From an uncultured Candidatus Rokubacteria bacterium (GTDB taxonomy: Bacteria > Methylomirabilota > Methylomirabilia > Rokubacteriales > DASRDR01), in the NCBI GenBank assembly GCA_963708025.1, contig CAVPSB010000002.1, positions 288,001-352,000 on the forward strand: DNA of 64,000 bases. The letters run 5' to 3'. The notes beneath the pieces were generated by a model, which was given only the letters and a program-made list of their open reading frames with translations, did no database searches and had not been told where the DNA came from. Shown here in pieces: positions 56,631 to 64,000 of the stretch (position 1 is its first letter; every line of letters starts with the position of its first letter). Both the position numbers and the translations under genes were made by a program.

Positions 56631-57863
56631 TCACTCGTACCGGAGGGCATCGATGGGGTTCAGGCGGGAGGCCCGTCGCGCCGGGTAGAAGCCGAAGAAG
56701 ACTCCGACCGCGCCGGAGAACAGGAACGCCGGGAGGACCGCCCTGGCCTGGACCGGGGCGGGCCATTCGACGAAGTACGCGATGGACCAGGAGGCCAGGA
56801 TCCCGAGGGCGATGCCCAGCACCCCGCCGGCGAGGGAGACCGTCACCGCCTCGATGAGGAACTGGACCAGGATGTCCCGTCGCCGGGCCCCGACGGCGCG
56901 GCGGAGGCCGATCTCCCGCGTGCGCTCCGTCACCGAGACCAGCATGATGTTCATGATCCCGATGCCGCCGACGGCGAGAGACACGGAGGCAATCGCGGCC
57001 AGGAGCAGGCTGAGGACCCGCGAGGCGGCTGCCTGGCTCTCGACGAGCTCCGAGAGGTTCCGGAGCGTGAAGTCGTCGTCCTGGCCCGGCTGGAGGTGAT
57101 GGCGCTGGCGGAGCAGGGCCCGGATCTCGACCTCCGAGCCCTTCATCGCGCTGGCTTCGCGGGCTCTGACGAGGATGGCGCCGACCGCCCGCGCGTTGGC
57201 CTGACTCGTCCCCAAGAGCTTCTTCTTCGCCGTCGAGAGGGGCACCAGGATCGCGTCGTCCTGGTCCTGTCCCTGTGTCGACTGGCCCTTCCGGGAGAGG
57301 AGACCGACCACCGTCAGGGGCACCTTGTTGATGCGGATCGTCTGCCCGATGGGGTCGGCGTCGCCGAAGAGGTTCTGGGCCACGGTCTGCCCGAGGAGGG
57401 CCACCTTGGTGGCGCCGTCAACGTCGTCCTGCACCACGGCGCGGCCCGCCGCCGTGGGCCAGTCCCGCGCCTCCAGAAATTCGGGAGTCACCCCGAAGAC
57501 GACCGTCAACCAGTTCGCGTTACTCGTGACCACCTGGACGCCTCCGCGGACGACCGGCGCCGCGATCTGGACGGCGTCGATCTCGCGCTCCATCGCCTTC
57601 GCGTCGTCCTCGGTGATGGTGAGCTGGCTGCCGGTCCCGAGGCGCACGCCGCTCGCGGTGATCGACCCCGACATCACGATGATGAGGTTCGAGCCCAGGC
57701 TCCGGATCTGCTCCTCCACCTGGCTCCGGGCGCCGGTGCCGACGGCGACCATCGTGACGACGGCGCCCACCCCGATCACGACGCCCAGCATGGTGAGCCC
57801 GGTGCGCACCTTGTTGGCGGCGAGGGCCGTGAGGGCGAGCTGCGCGGTCGCGCGGGCTTTCAT
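56631..57863 (-). CDS. MacB/FtsX-family ABC permease
   Basis: [60 protein letters not shown]. Confidence 0.95.
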   Translation of the reverse strand: MKARATAQLALTALAANKVRTGLTMLGVVIGVGAVVTMVAVGTGARSQVEEQIRSLGSNLIIVMSGSITASGVRLGTGSQLTITEDDAKAMEREIDAVQIAAPVVRGGVQVVTSNANWLTVVFGVTPEFLEARDWPTAAGRAVVQDDVDGATKVALLGQTVAQNLFGDADPIGQTIRINKVPLTVVGLLSRKGQSTQGQDQDDAILVPLSTAKKKLLGTSQANARAVGAILVRAREASAMKGSEVEIRALLRQRHHLQPGQDDDFTLRNLSELVESQAAASRVLSLLLAAIASVSLAVGGIGIMNIMLVSVTERTREIGLRRAVGARRRDILVQFLIEAVTVSLAGGVLGIALGILASWSIAYFVEWPAPVQARAVLPAFLFSGAVGVFFGFYPARRASRLNPIDALRYE

Positions 57864-58606
57864 GGGCGCACCAGGAGTGGGGCGCGACCCGCCAGCGCGG
57901 TGCGCGCGTCGAGCGGGTCGACGACCGGGTCGTCCCCGACCAGCTCGCCGTCCCGGAAGTACAGGATGCGACGCGCGTGTCGGGCGATGTCGGCCTCGTG
58001 CGTGACCACCACGATCGTGATGCCCTCGCGGTTCAAGGCCTGGAGGATCCCCATGATCTCCAGGCTGGCTCGCGTATCGAGGTTCCCCGTCGGCTCGTCT
58101 GCGAGGAGGAGGACGGGGTCGTTGACGAGGGCGCGGGCGATCGCCACCCGCTGCTGCTGCCCACCGGAGAGCTGGGCGGGCCGGTGGTGTTCCCGGCCCC
58201 CCAGCCCCACCGCCTCGATCTTGGCCGCAGCCTTCCGTCGATGCTCGGCCGCCGCGAGGCCGCTGTAGAAGAGCGGGAGCTCGACGTTGGCGAGGGCGCT
58301 CATGCGCGGCAGCAGGTTGAAGAGCTGGAACACGAAGCCGATCTTCGCGTTTCGAATCCGGGCCAGCTCGTCGTCGCTGAGCTGGGAGACGTCCTGCCCT
58401 TCCAGCAGGTACTGCCCGGCGGTCGGGGTGTCCAGGCAGCCCAGGATGTTCATGAAGGTCGTCTTGCCCGAGCCCGAGGGCCCCATGATGGCCACCAGCT
58501 CCCCCGCCTCGATGGTCACGGACACGCCCCGCAGGACGTGGACCAACTGAGCTCCGAGCGGGTAGTCCTTCTCCACCCGCCGGGTCTCGATGAGCGGGGC
58601 GCTCAT
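57860..58606 (-). CDS. MacB/LolD-type ABC ATP-binding protein
   Basis: [35 protein letters not shown]. Confidence 0.95.
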   Translation of the reverse strand: MSAPLIETRRVEKDYPLGAQLVHVLRGVSVTIEAGELVAIMGPSGSGKTTFMNILGCLDTPTAGQYLLEGQDVSQLSDDELARIRNAKIGFVFQLFNLLPRMSALANVELPLFYSGLAAAEHRRKAAAKIEAVGLGGREHHRPAQLSGGQQQRVAIARALVNDPVLLLADEPTGNLDTRASLEIMGILQALNREGITIVVVTHEADIARHARRILYFRDGELVGDDPVVDPLDARTALAGRAPLLVRP

Positions 58607-58683
58607 GTGATGCCCTGACCTGGTCCGGGGCGGCCCCCTCCGCCACTCCCCGTCTCTCGCTTCCGACGTGAGGTCACGAAACT

Positions 58684-58699
58684 TGCATGATGCTCGCCA
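58684..58699 (-). promoter_or_regulatory. Sigma-54-like promoter
   Basis: Minus strand TGGCGAGCATCATGCA. Confidence 0.45.
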
Positions 58700-58761
58700 G
58701 CGGCGCGGTGCCCGGGTGCGAAGGCAGTTCGAGCGGCGCCGCGAGATCCGCGGCCCGCGTC

Positions 58762-58799
58762 TGGGGCGCCCTCGCCGCACGTGGGGCGGGGCTGCCCCA
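58762..58799. promoter_or_regulatory. Tandem palindromic putative activator sites (UAS)
   Basis: TGGGGC-N6-GCCGCA, CG, TGGGGC-N6-GCCCCA between divergent sigma-54 sites. Confidence 0.6.
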
Positions 58800-58851
58800 C
58801 AATCCGCCGGCCCCTGTCACCCTCCGCCCCGGTTTCCCGTGGGTTGGAGCG

Positions 58852-58867
58852 TGGCAGCCACATTGCT
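58852..58867 (+). promoter_or_regulatory. Sigma-54 promoter
   Basis: TGGCAGCCACATTGCT. Confidence 0.7.
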
Positions 58868-58956
58868 GCCAGGGGGAGAGTCCATGGAGCCGCGGGTCGC
58901 GCCCGCGGACGAGTCCCGCCGCGGCTCATTCCCGACGTGCCTGGAGGAGAAGTCAC

Positions 58957-59808
58957 ATGGGAGCGAAAGGTGTTCTGGCCGGGCTCGCCACCAGCGTGTT
59001 GCTCGCTCTGTCGGCCGCCGCCCAGCAGCCGGCCTCGCCCCCGGCGGTCTACCAGCAGTCGCCTCGGGCCTCGGATGACCTCGGTCTCCTCGGCGTGCCG
59101 GTCATCGGGCCGATCCTCGACCGCCGCGAAGATCTGGAGCTGTCCGCTTCCCAGGTCGAAGCTCTGGAGCGCCTCGGCATCGACTTCATCCGCGAGACGA
59201 TCCGCCGCCAGGCCGATCTGATGGTGGCGGGCGTGGACCTCGACAGCCTGCTCGGGCCGGATCCGAGCCGGGCGGTCGACCTCGGCAGCGTCGAAGCGAA
59301 GCTCCGGGAGCTGGAGCGGATCCGAACCGATCTGCAAGTCGCCCTCCTGCGCGTCATCGAGGCCGGCAAGGCCCTGCTGACGCCCGACCAGCGCTCCAAG
59401 CTGGCGACGCTGATGGCGGGCGGGCCTCAGAGCCCGGACGACCCTCCGGCCCCGGCTGCGAGCCCGGCGCGTGCAGGCGCTCCCCCTTCCCCGAGGGGGC
59501 CGGGACACCCGGCCCCCGGGCGCGCGGCTCCGGGGGGGCCGGGACACCCGGCGCCGCCCCCACCACGCGGGTTCGAGCCTCACCGCCCCGCCATTCACGG
59601 CCGGAGCTTCGTCGGCGGCTGGGGCGGCTGGGCCCCATTCTGGTGGGAGCCGTACTGGGGCTACCCGGCGCCCCCGGTGATCGTGCCGCAGCCACCGGTG
59701 TACACCCAGCCCGCCTACTGGTACTACTGCCCGAGCGCCCAGGCGTACTATCCCTACGTGTCGAGTTGCCCGGAGCCGTGGGTCCTCGTGACGGTCTCGC
59801 CCCAGTGA
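58957..59808 (+). CDS. Secreted Spy/CpxP-like helical protein with Pro-rich linker and YWYYC tail
   Basis: GGAGG RBS; signal peptide; LELSASQ and LLTPDQR (LTxxQ) motifs; YWYYCP..YYPYV..CP..W. Confidence 0.72.
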   Translation: MGAKGVLAGLATSVLLALSAAAQQPASPPAVYQQSPRASDDLGLLGVPVIGPILDRREDLELSASQVEALERLGIDFIRETIRRQADLMVAGVDLDSLLGPDPSRAVDLGSVEAKLRELERIRTDLQVALLRVIEAGKALLTPDQRSKLATLMAGGPQSPDDPPAPAASPARAGAPPSPRGPGHPAPGRAAPGGPGHPAPPPPRGFEPHRPAIHGRSFVGGWGGWAPFWWEPYWGYPAPPVIVPQPPVYTQPAYWYYCPSAQAYYPYVSSCPEPWVLVTVSPQ

Positions 59809-59845
59809 CGGACCCGGGTCGTCCCACGGCGATCGCCTCGCGGGC

Positions 59846-60001
59846 CACCCGTTGATCGACCAGGTCGATGCCCTGCGGGCGCTCATGCTGTCCGGCGGCG
59901 CGGCCGTCTTCGGCGTGGGCGTCGACTTGGCGGTCCTCGGGGCGGCCTTCGCCGGGGTCGTGGCGGTGGCGGCCCGGCTGTACCCGCGCATGGTGACGTG
60001 A
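59846..60001 (+). pseudogene. C-terminal remnant of an ABC-2 type permease
   Basis: HPLIDQVDALRALML..GVDLAVL..ARLYPRMVT*, resembling the NPLTY.VDALR motif; no N-terminal part. Confidence 0.55.
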
Positions 60002-60172
60002 GGGACGCGGCGCCGGCTCGCTGACCGGAGGACATCACGGCGCCGGCGCCAGGAGGGGACAGAGCCCGATGGCGTCGCAATCGGTTCGAGACAGCCCCGT
60101 GACGACGCGTGCTGTCAGGCCGACCCGAAGGGGGGATCGCGAGCGGCCGATCGGGCGCATCCGGCGTGCGGG

Positions 60173-61567
60173 ATGACAGCCGCATCCCCGCTGCGACCGG
60201 TGGCGTTCTTCAAGACGCTCTGGTTCGACGCGTTCCTGCGTCGCCTGGCTCGCAACTCCAGCTGGGGCATCGCGTCGACGGCGGTCGAGCTGGTCCTGAC
60301 CGTCGCCGAGACGATGCTGGCCGCCCGGTTCCTGGGCCCCGCCGACTACGGCCGGGTGGCCCTGGTGATCGCGGCCATCGTCTCGATCAAGCAGCTGGTG
60401 GACGTCCGCGCCTGGGAAGGCGTCACCCGATACCTCGCCGAGTTCGTCGAGAACCGGCAGCCGGCGCTCGCGCTCGCGACGCTCGAGGTGGCGCTACTCG
60501 CCGATGCCGTCGTGGGACTGGTGGCGTTCGGGATCGCCGTGGCGGGCGCCGGCCTCGTCAGCGGCTGGGTGCTCCGCCAGCCCGACCTCCAGGGCCCGGT
60601 TGCCTGGTACGCGCTGACCCTCCTCGCCACGATGTTCAGCGGCACCGCCGAGGCGGTCCTGCGGGTCTTCGATCGGTTTCGCGACCTGGCGATCCGTGCG
60701 GTAGCGCAGGCGGCGTGGCACCTCGGGCTGATGGCGGCGGTCCTGCTGCTCGGCATGCGCGTCCACGGCCTCGTCCTCGCGTACCTGGTGTCGGACTTGG
60801 CGGGGGCGGCGCTCCTCGCATTCCTGGCGGCCCGGCAGGTGCGCCAGCGGCTCTGGGGGGCCCGACCCCAGGCGCGCCTGACCGCCCTGCGCCCCTATCT
60901 CAAGGACATGCTCTGGTTCACGGCCCAGACGGCCCTCCGCACGAAGCTCAAGGTCAACCGGCAGCTCGACATCCTGGTGCTCGGCTATTTTCGCCCGCCC
61001 ACCGAGGTAGGCTACTATCGGGTGGCACGGCGCCTGGGCGCATCGTTGCAACAGTTGACGGACCCCTTCTACTTCGCCATCCTCCCCGACTTCGCGCGGG
61101 CGTGGGCGAGCTCGCGCCGGCGCTTCGTGGGGCTGGTGGGCCGGACGGCGGTGGTGGCCATGGTGGGCGCGCTGCCTGGCGTGATGCTGGGACTCCTGTT
61201 CGCGCCGCAGGTGATCCGGGCGTGGGTCGGGGTGCAGTATGCGCCGGCGGTCGTCCCGTTCCGGATCGTCATGCTGGGGATGGGGCTCGCCGTTGCCACG
61301 TTCTGGGCGACCCCCGCCGCGCTGGGCAGCGGGCGGCCAGGCATCGCGACCACCGCGTTGGCCTGCGGGGTTCTCGTCAACGTAGCGCTGCTCGTCCTGG
61401 TTCCGGGTCAGGGGGCGACCGGCGCCGCCATCGCCCTCCTGGGGGGATATGTCGCCTTCAGCGTCACCGTCAGCGTGCTGCTGGCCCGCACCGTCTTGAG
61501 AGACACTCCCGGCGGTGGCGCGCCGTCCCCACGCCCTGCGGCGCCGCGATCGTACGGAGACGCTTGA
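60173..61567 (+). CDS. Wzx-like oligosaccharide flippase
   Basis: ARFLGPADYG, LDILVLGYF..VGYYRVA, GATGAAIA; many TM helices. Confidence 0.85.
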   Translation: MTAASPLRPVAFFKTLWFDAFLRRLARNSSWGIASTAVELVLTVAETMLAARFLGPADYGRVALVIAAIVSIKQLVDVRAWEGVTRYLAEFVENRQPALALATLEVALLADAVVGLVAFGIAVAGAGLVSGWVLRQPDLQGPVAWYALTLLATMFSGTAEAVLRVFDRFRDLAIRAVAQAAWHLGLMAAVLLLGMRVHGLVLAYLVSDLAGAALLAFLAARQVRQRLWGARPQARLTALRPYLKDMLWFTAQTALRTKLKVNRQLDILVLGYFRPPTEVGYYRVARRLGASLQQLTDPFYFAILPDFARAWASSRRRFVGLVGRTAVVAMVGALPGVMLGLLFAPQVIRAWVGVQYAPAVVPFRIVMLGMGLAVATFWATPAALGSGRPGIATTALACGVLVNVALLVLVPGQGATGAAIALLGGYVAFSVTVSVLLARTVLRDTPGGGAPSPRPAAPRSYGDA

Positions 61568-61593
61568 TCGGTCCCGGAGATCGAGGAAACCGC

Positions 61594-62289
61594 GTGGACA
61601 GCGTCATCGAGGTCAGCCACCTCTCGATCCGCTTCGGCCAGAGCCGGGTCCTGGAGGACCTCAGCTTCCGGGTCCCTCGCGGGACCTCGCTGGCGATCAT
61701 CGGACCGAACGGTGCCGGCAAGACGGTCCTGTTCAAGGCCCTCATCGGATCGATCCCGTTCGAGGGCACCGTCCGCTGGGCGCCCGGGGTCCGGATCGGC
61801 TACGTCCCGCAGAAGCTCGACCTCGAGCGCGACGTCCCGGTCACGGGCGTCGACTTTCTCCGGGCGCGGGCGGCGCTGGCTCGGGGCTCGGCGGCGGACA
61901 TCGCGCGCTGCCTGGCCCTCGTCGGGGTCTCGCCGGACGTCGCCGAGCAGCCGATCGGAACGCTGTCGGGCGGCCAGTTCCAGCGCCTGCTCGTCGCCTT
62001 CGCCCTCGTCGGCGATCCGAACGTCCTCCTGCTCGACGAGCCGACGGCCGGAGTCGACGAGCCCGGGCAGGAGCGATTGAACGAGCTCGCGCGTCGCCTC
62101 CAGCAAGACCAGGGTCTCACGGTCCTCTTCATCTCGCACGAGCTCACCGTCGTCTACCGGTACGCGACCAACGTGCTCTGTCTGAGCCGGGGCCAGGGGT
62201 GCATGGGGCCGCCGCGAACGGTCCTGACGCCCGACCTCCTCCACGAGATGTACGGGACGCCGATGAACCACCACGTCCATGAGCAGTGA
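61594..62289 (+). CDS. Zn/Mn ABC transporter ATP-binding subunit
   Basis: GPNGAGKT, IGYVPQK, LSGGQFQR, LDEPTAGVD, His-rich end. Confidence 0.92.
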   Translation: MDSVIEVSHLSIRFGQSRVLEDLSFRVPRGTSLAIIGPNGAGKTVLFKALIGSIPFEGTVRWAPGVRIGYVPQKLDLERDVPVTGVDFLRARAALARGSAADIARCLALVGVSPDVAEQPIGTLSGGQFQRLLVAFALVGDPNVLLLDEPTAGVDEPGQERLNELARRLQQDQGLTVLFISHELTVVYRYATNVLCLSRGQGCMGPPRTVLTPDLLHEMYGTPMNHHVHEQ

Positions 62290-63037
62290 AGCGTTCGTGC
62301 TCTCGGTGGCCATGGCCGTCGCCGCCGGCCTCGTGGGCTGCTTCGCCCTGATGCGGCGGATGGCGCTCGCCGCCGATGCCCTCTCCCACGTGGCATTGCC
62401 GGGCATCGGGGTGGCGCTCGCGCTTCACGTGCACCCGATCTTCGGGGCCGTCGCGATGCTCTTCTTCGGCGCGCTGCTCGTGTGGGCGCTCGAGGCGCGA
62501 GCCCGGACCACCACCGAGACCGTGATCGGCGTCGTCTTTTCCGCCGCGCTCGCGCTCGGCAGCCTCATGACCTCGGGCGAGGATCTCATCGAGGCCCTCT
62601 TCGGCGGCGCCGGCACCCTGAGCTGGCCGGAGGTCGTGTTCGGCTTCGTGGCCGCCGGCGCCATCGTGTGGTTCATGGTCACACGCCGGAACAGCCTGAT
62701 CGTGATGCTCGTCTCGCCCGACGTGGCCCGCACGGCGGGGATCGACGTCCGGCGGCTCAATCTCCTGTACCTTCAGGTGTTCGCGCTCACGATCGCCCTG
62801 GGGCTGCGGTATCTGGGCGTGCTCCTCATGGGCGCGCTGATCATCATTCCGGCCGCGACGGCGAAGCGCCTGGCGCGGAACCTGAACGGGATGCTGAGCG
62901 TGGCGGTGGCGGTCGCGGTGATCGCCACCGCGGGCGGCGCCGGGATGGCGGTCTGGCTCCATCGCGAGACCGGCCCGCTCATCGTCACGGTGGCGGCCGG
63001 CGCGTTCGCCCTCAGCCTGCTGCGGCGGCCGTCCTAA
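62279..63037 (+). CDS. Zn/Mn ABC transporter permease
   Basis: RRMALAADALSHVALPG, GVLLMGALIIIPAATA, TGPLIV. Confidence 0.92.
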   Translation: MSSEAFVLSVAMAVAAGLVGCFALMRRMALAADALSHVALPGIGVALALHVHPIFGAVAMLFFGALLVWALEARARTTTETVIGVVFSAALALGSLMTSGEDLIEALFGGAGTLSWPEVVFGFVAAGAIVWFMVTRRNSLIVMLVSPDVARTAGIDVRRLNLLYLQVFALTIALGLRYLGVLLMGALIIIPAATAKRLARNLNGMLSVAVAVAVIATAGGAGMAVWLHRETGPLIVTVAAGAFALSLLRRPS

Positions 63038-63043
63038 GGACAG

Positions 63044-63313
63044 TCGGGGTGGTCTCGGAAGACCCCCCGGGTCCCCCCGGCGGAGGCCGCGCTGGGCGGG
63101 GGCCGCGGCTCGAAGCGGAACGCCTTGGCCGCGGGGCGAGCGTCAGAGGGTCGCGAGAAGCCGACGGGCGGAGAAGTCGGAGTCGCGGTGTTGCTTCACA
63201 GCCCCCGTCGAGTCGCGGGTCGTGCGCCGTAAGCCGCGAAGAGCCTCCGAGCGGCGGCGTTGCCGGCGCAACGGCGAGGGGGGCATCGGGGGGGTGTTCC
63301 GACACCCCCCGAA
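63044..63313. repeat. REP/MITE-like repeat, copy C, with inverted hairpin units at both ends
   Basis: The left ~125 bp align with copy B; the right end (63278-63313) is an inverted copy of the hairpin unit; lies between convergent genes. Confidence 0.8.
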
Positions 63314-63317
63314 TGAT

Positions 63318-64000
63318 CTAGCGGGGGGAGCTCATCACCTGCGGGTACAGCCGCTCGACGTCCTCCCGGCGGCAGAGGGCGGTTCCCGGATTCATCACCG
63401 CGGCGGCGCCGGCCGCGACGCCGAAGCGGACGGCCTCGCCCAGCGGGCGGCCGCGGGCGAGCGAGAGCACGATGCCCGCCACCAGGCTGTCTCCGGCTCC
63501 GACGCTGCTCTTGATGGGAACCGCGGGGGCAGCCAGCCGCTCCCACTCCGAGCCCGTCACCCACAGGGCCCCGCCCGCTCCGAGCGAGAGGACCAGGATG
63601 TCGCACCACCCGCGCTTGACCACGGTGGTGCCGAGGCTCGCGAGCCGGGACTCGTCCACCTCGGGCTCGCCCATCAACGCCTGGAACTCGTGGAGGCTCG
63701 GCTTCAACAGGTGGACGCCCTGGTCGACCGCCCGGGCCAGGGGCGCCCCGGAGGTGTCCAGGACGAGCCGGCTCCCCATGTCACGCGCGACCGACGCCAC
63801 GCGGGCATAGAAGTCCACCGGGACCCCGGGCGGCAGGCTCCCGCTCGCCACGATGAAGGCGGGTGGGGGCCCGAGCTGACGGAGCCAGTCCAGGAAGACC
63901 GGCCACTCGGTCTCCTGGAGCGTCGGGCCGGGCATGCAGAAGCGGAACTGGCGGCCGCTGACCTCCTCCAGGACGTTGAGGTTCTCGCGGGTCCACCCGG
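63318..64000 (-). CDS. pfkB: PfkB-family (1-phosphofructokinase-type) kinase, runs off window end
   Basis: TRENLNV..QFRF, ASGSLPPG, LDTSG, LKPS, VGAGDS; the frame is open to the window edge. Confidence 0.9.
   Translation of the reverse strand, partial: GWTRENLNVLEEVSGRQFRFCMPGPTLQETEWPVFLDWLRQLGPPPAFIVASGSLPPGVPVDFYARVASVARDMGSRLVLDTSGAPLARAVDQGVHLLKPSLHEFQALMGEPEVDESRLASLGTTVVKRGWCDILVLSLGAGGALWVTGSEWERLAAPAVPIKSSVGAGDSLVAGIVLSLARGRPLGEAVRFGVAAGAAAVMNPGTALCRREDVERLYPQVMSSPR

Noticed and set aside
1-64000. Sec machinery (selA, selB, selD, tRNA-Sec), other tRNAs, rRNA, integrase or transposase
   Set aside because: None recognised in this window; they must be sought elsewhere in the genome.

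Overview
Very GC-rich bacterial DNA; it encodes an outer-membrane beta-barrel, so the host is a diderm. Scattered single-base indels look like long-read assembly errors. Layout: (1) 1-2.6 kb, a PAS histidine kinase, a CBS-ACT protein and a small secreted protein. (2) 2.9-21.4 kb, a dense electron-transfer cluster. I count 54 canonical CxxCH motifs plus 3 extended ones across 12 genes. It also carries a Rieske/cytochrome b pair, a membrane polyferredoxin, two NapC/NirT-type proteins and an MtrA/MtrB-type porin-cytochrome pair. The first and last genes of the ~12 kb operon (4298-16416) each contain an in-frame TGA at the first Cys of a CxxC motif, followed by a SECIS-like hairpin. These are two predicted selenoproteins, a PCYCGC/CYCXC-type protein and a VKOR-thioredoxin fusion, and the ORF track truncates both. 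(3) 22.9-26.9 kb, a chromate-resistance operon with a palindromic operator. (4) 26.9-64 kb, a hypoxia/dormancy-type gene set: many CBS and USP proteins, RtcB and archease, an eRF1-like factor, Lon-like protease, DksA, an orphan GroEL, AcsA-PDH-ACP, archaeal-type SAM synthetase with Pcm, an M50 protease, PfkB and transporters. About 15 sigma-54 (-24/-12) promoter matches and a recurring, often tandem TG(G/A)GGC-N6-GCCCCA palindrome span parts 1, 2 and 4, suggesting one regulon. A REP-like hairpin repeat family and several gene remnants are also present. No rRNA, tRNA, CRISPR array or transposase was recognised. All family assignments come from motif recognition by eye, not from database searches.
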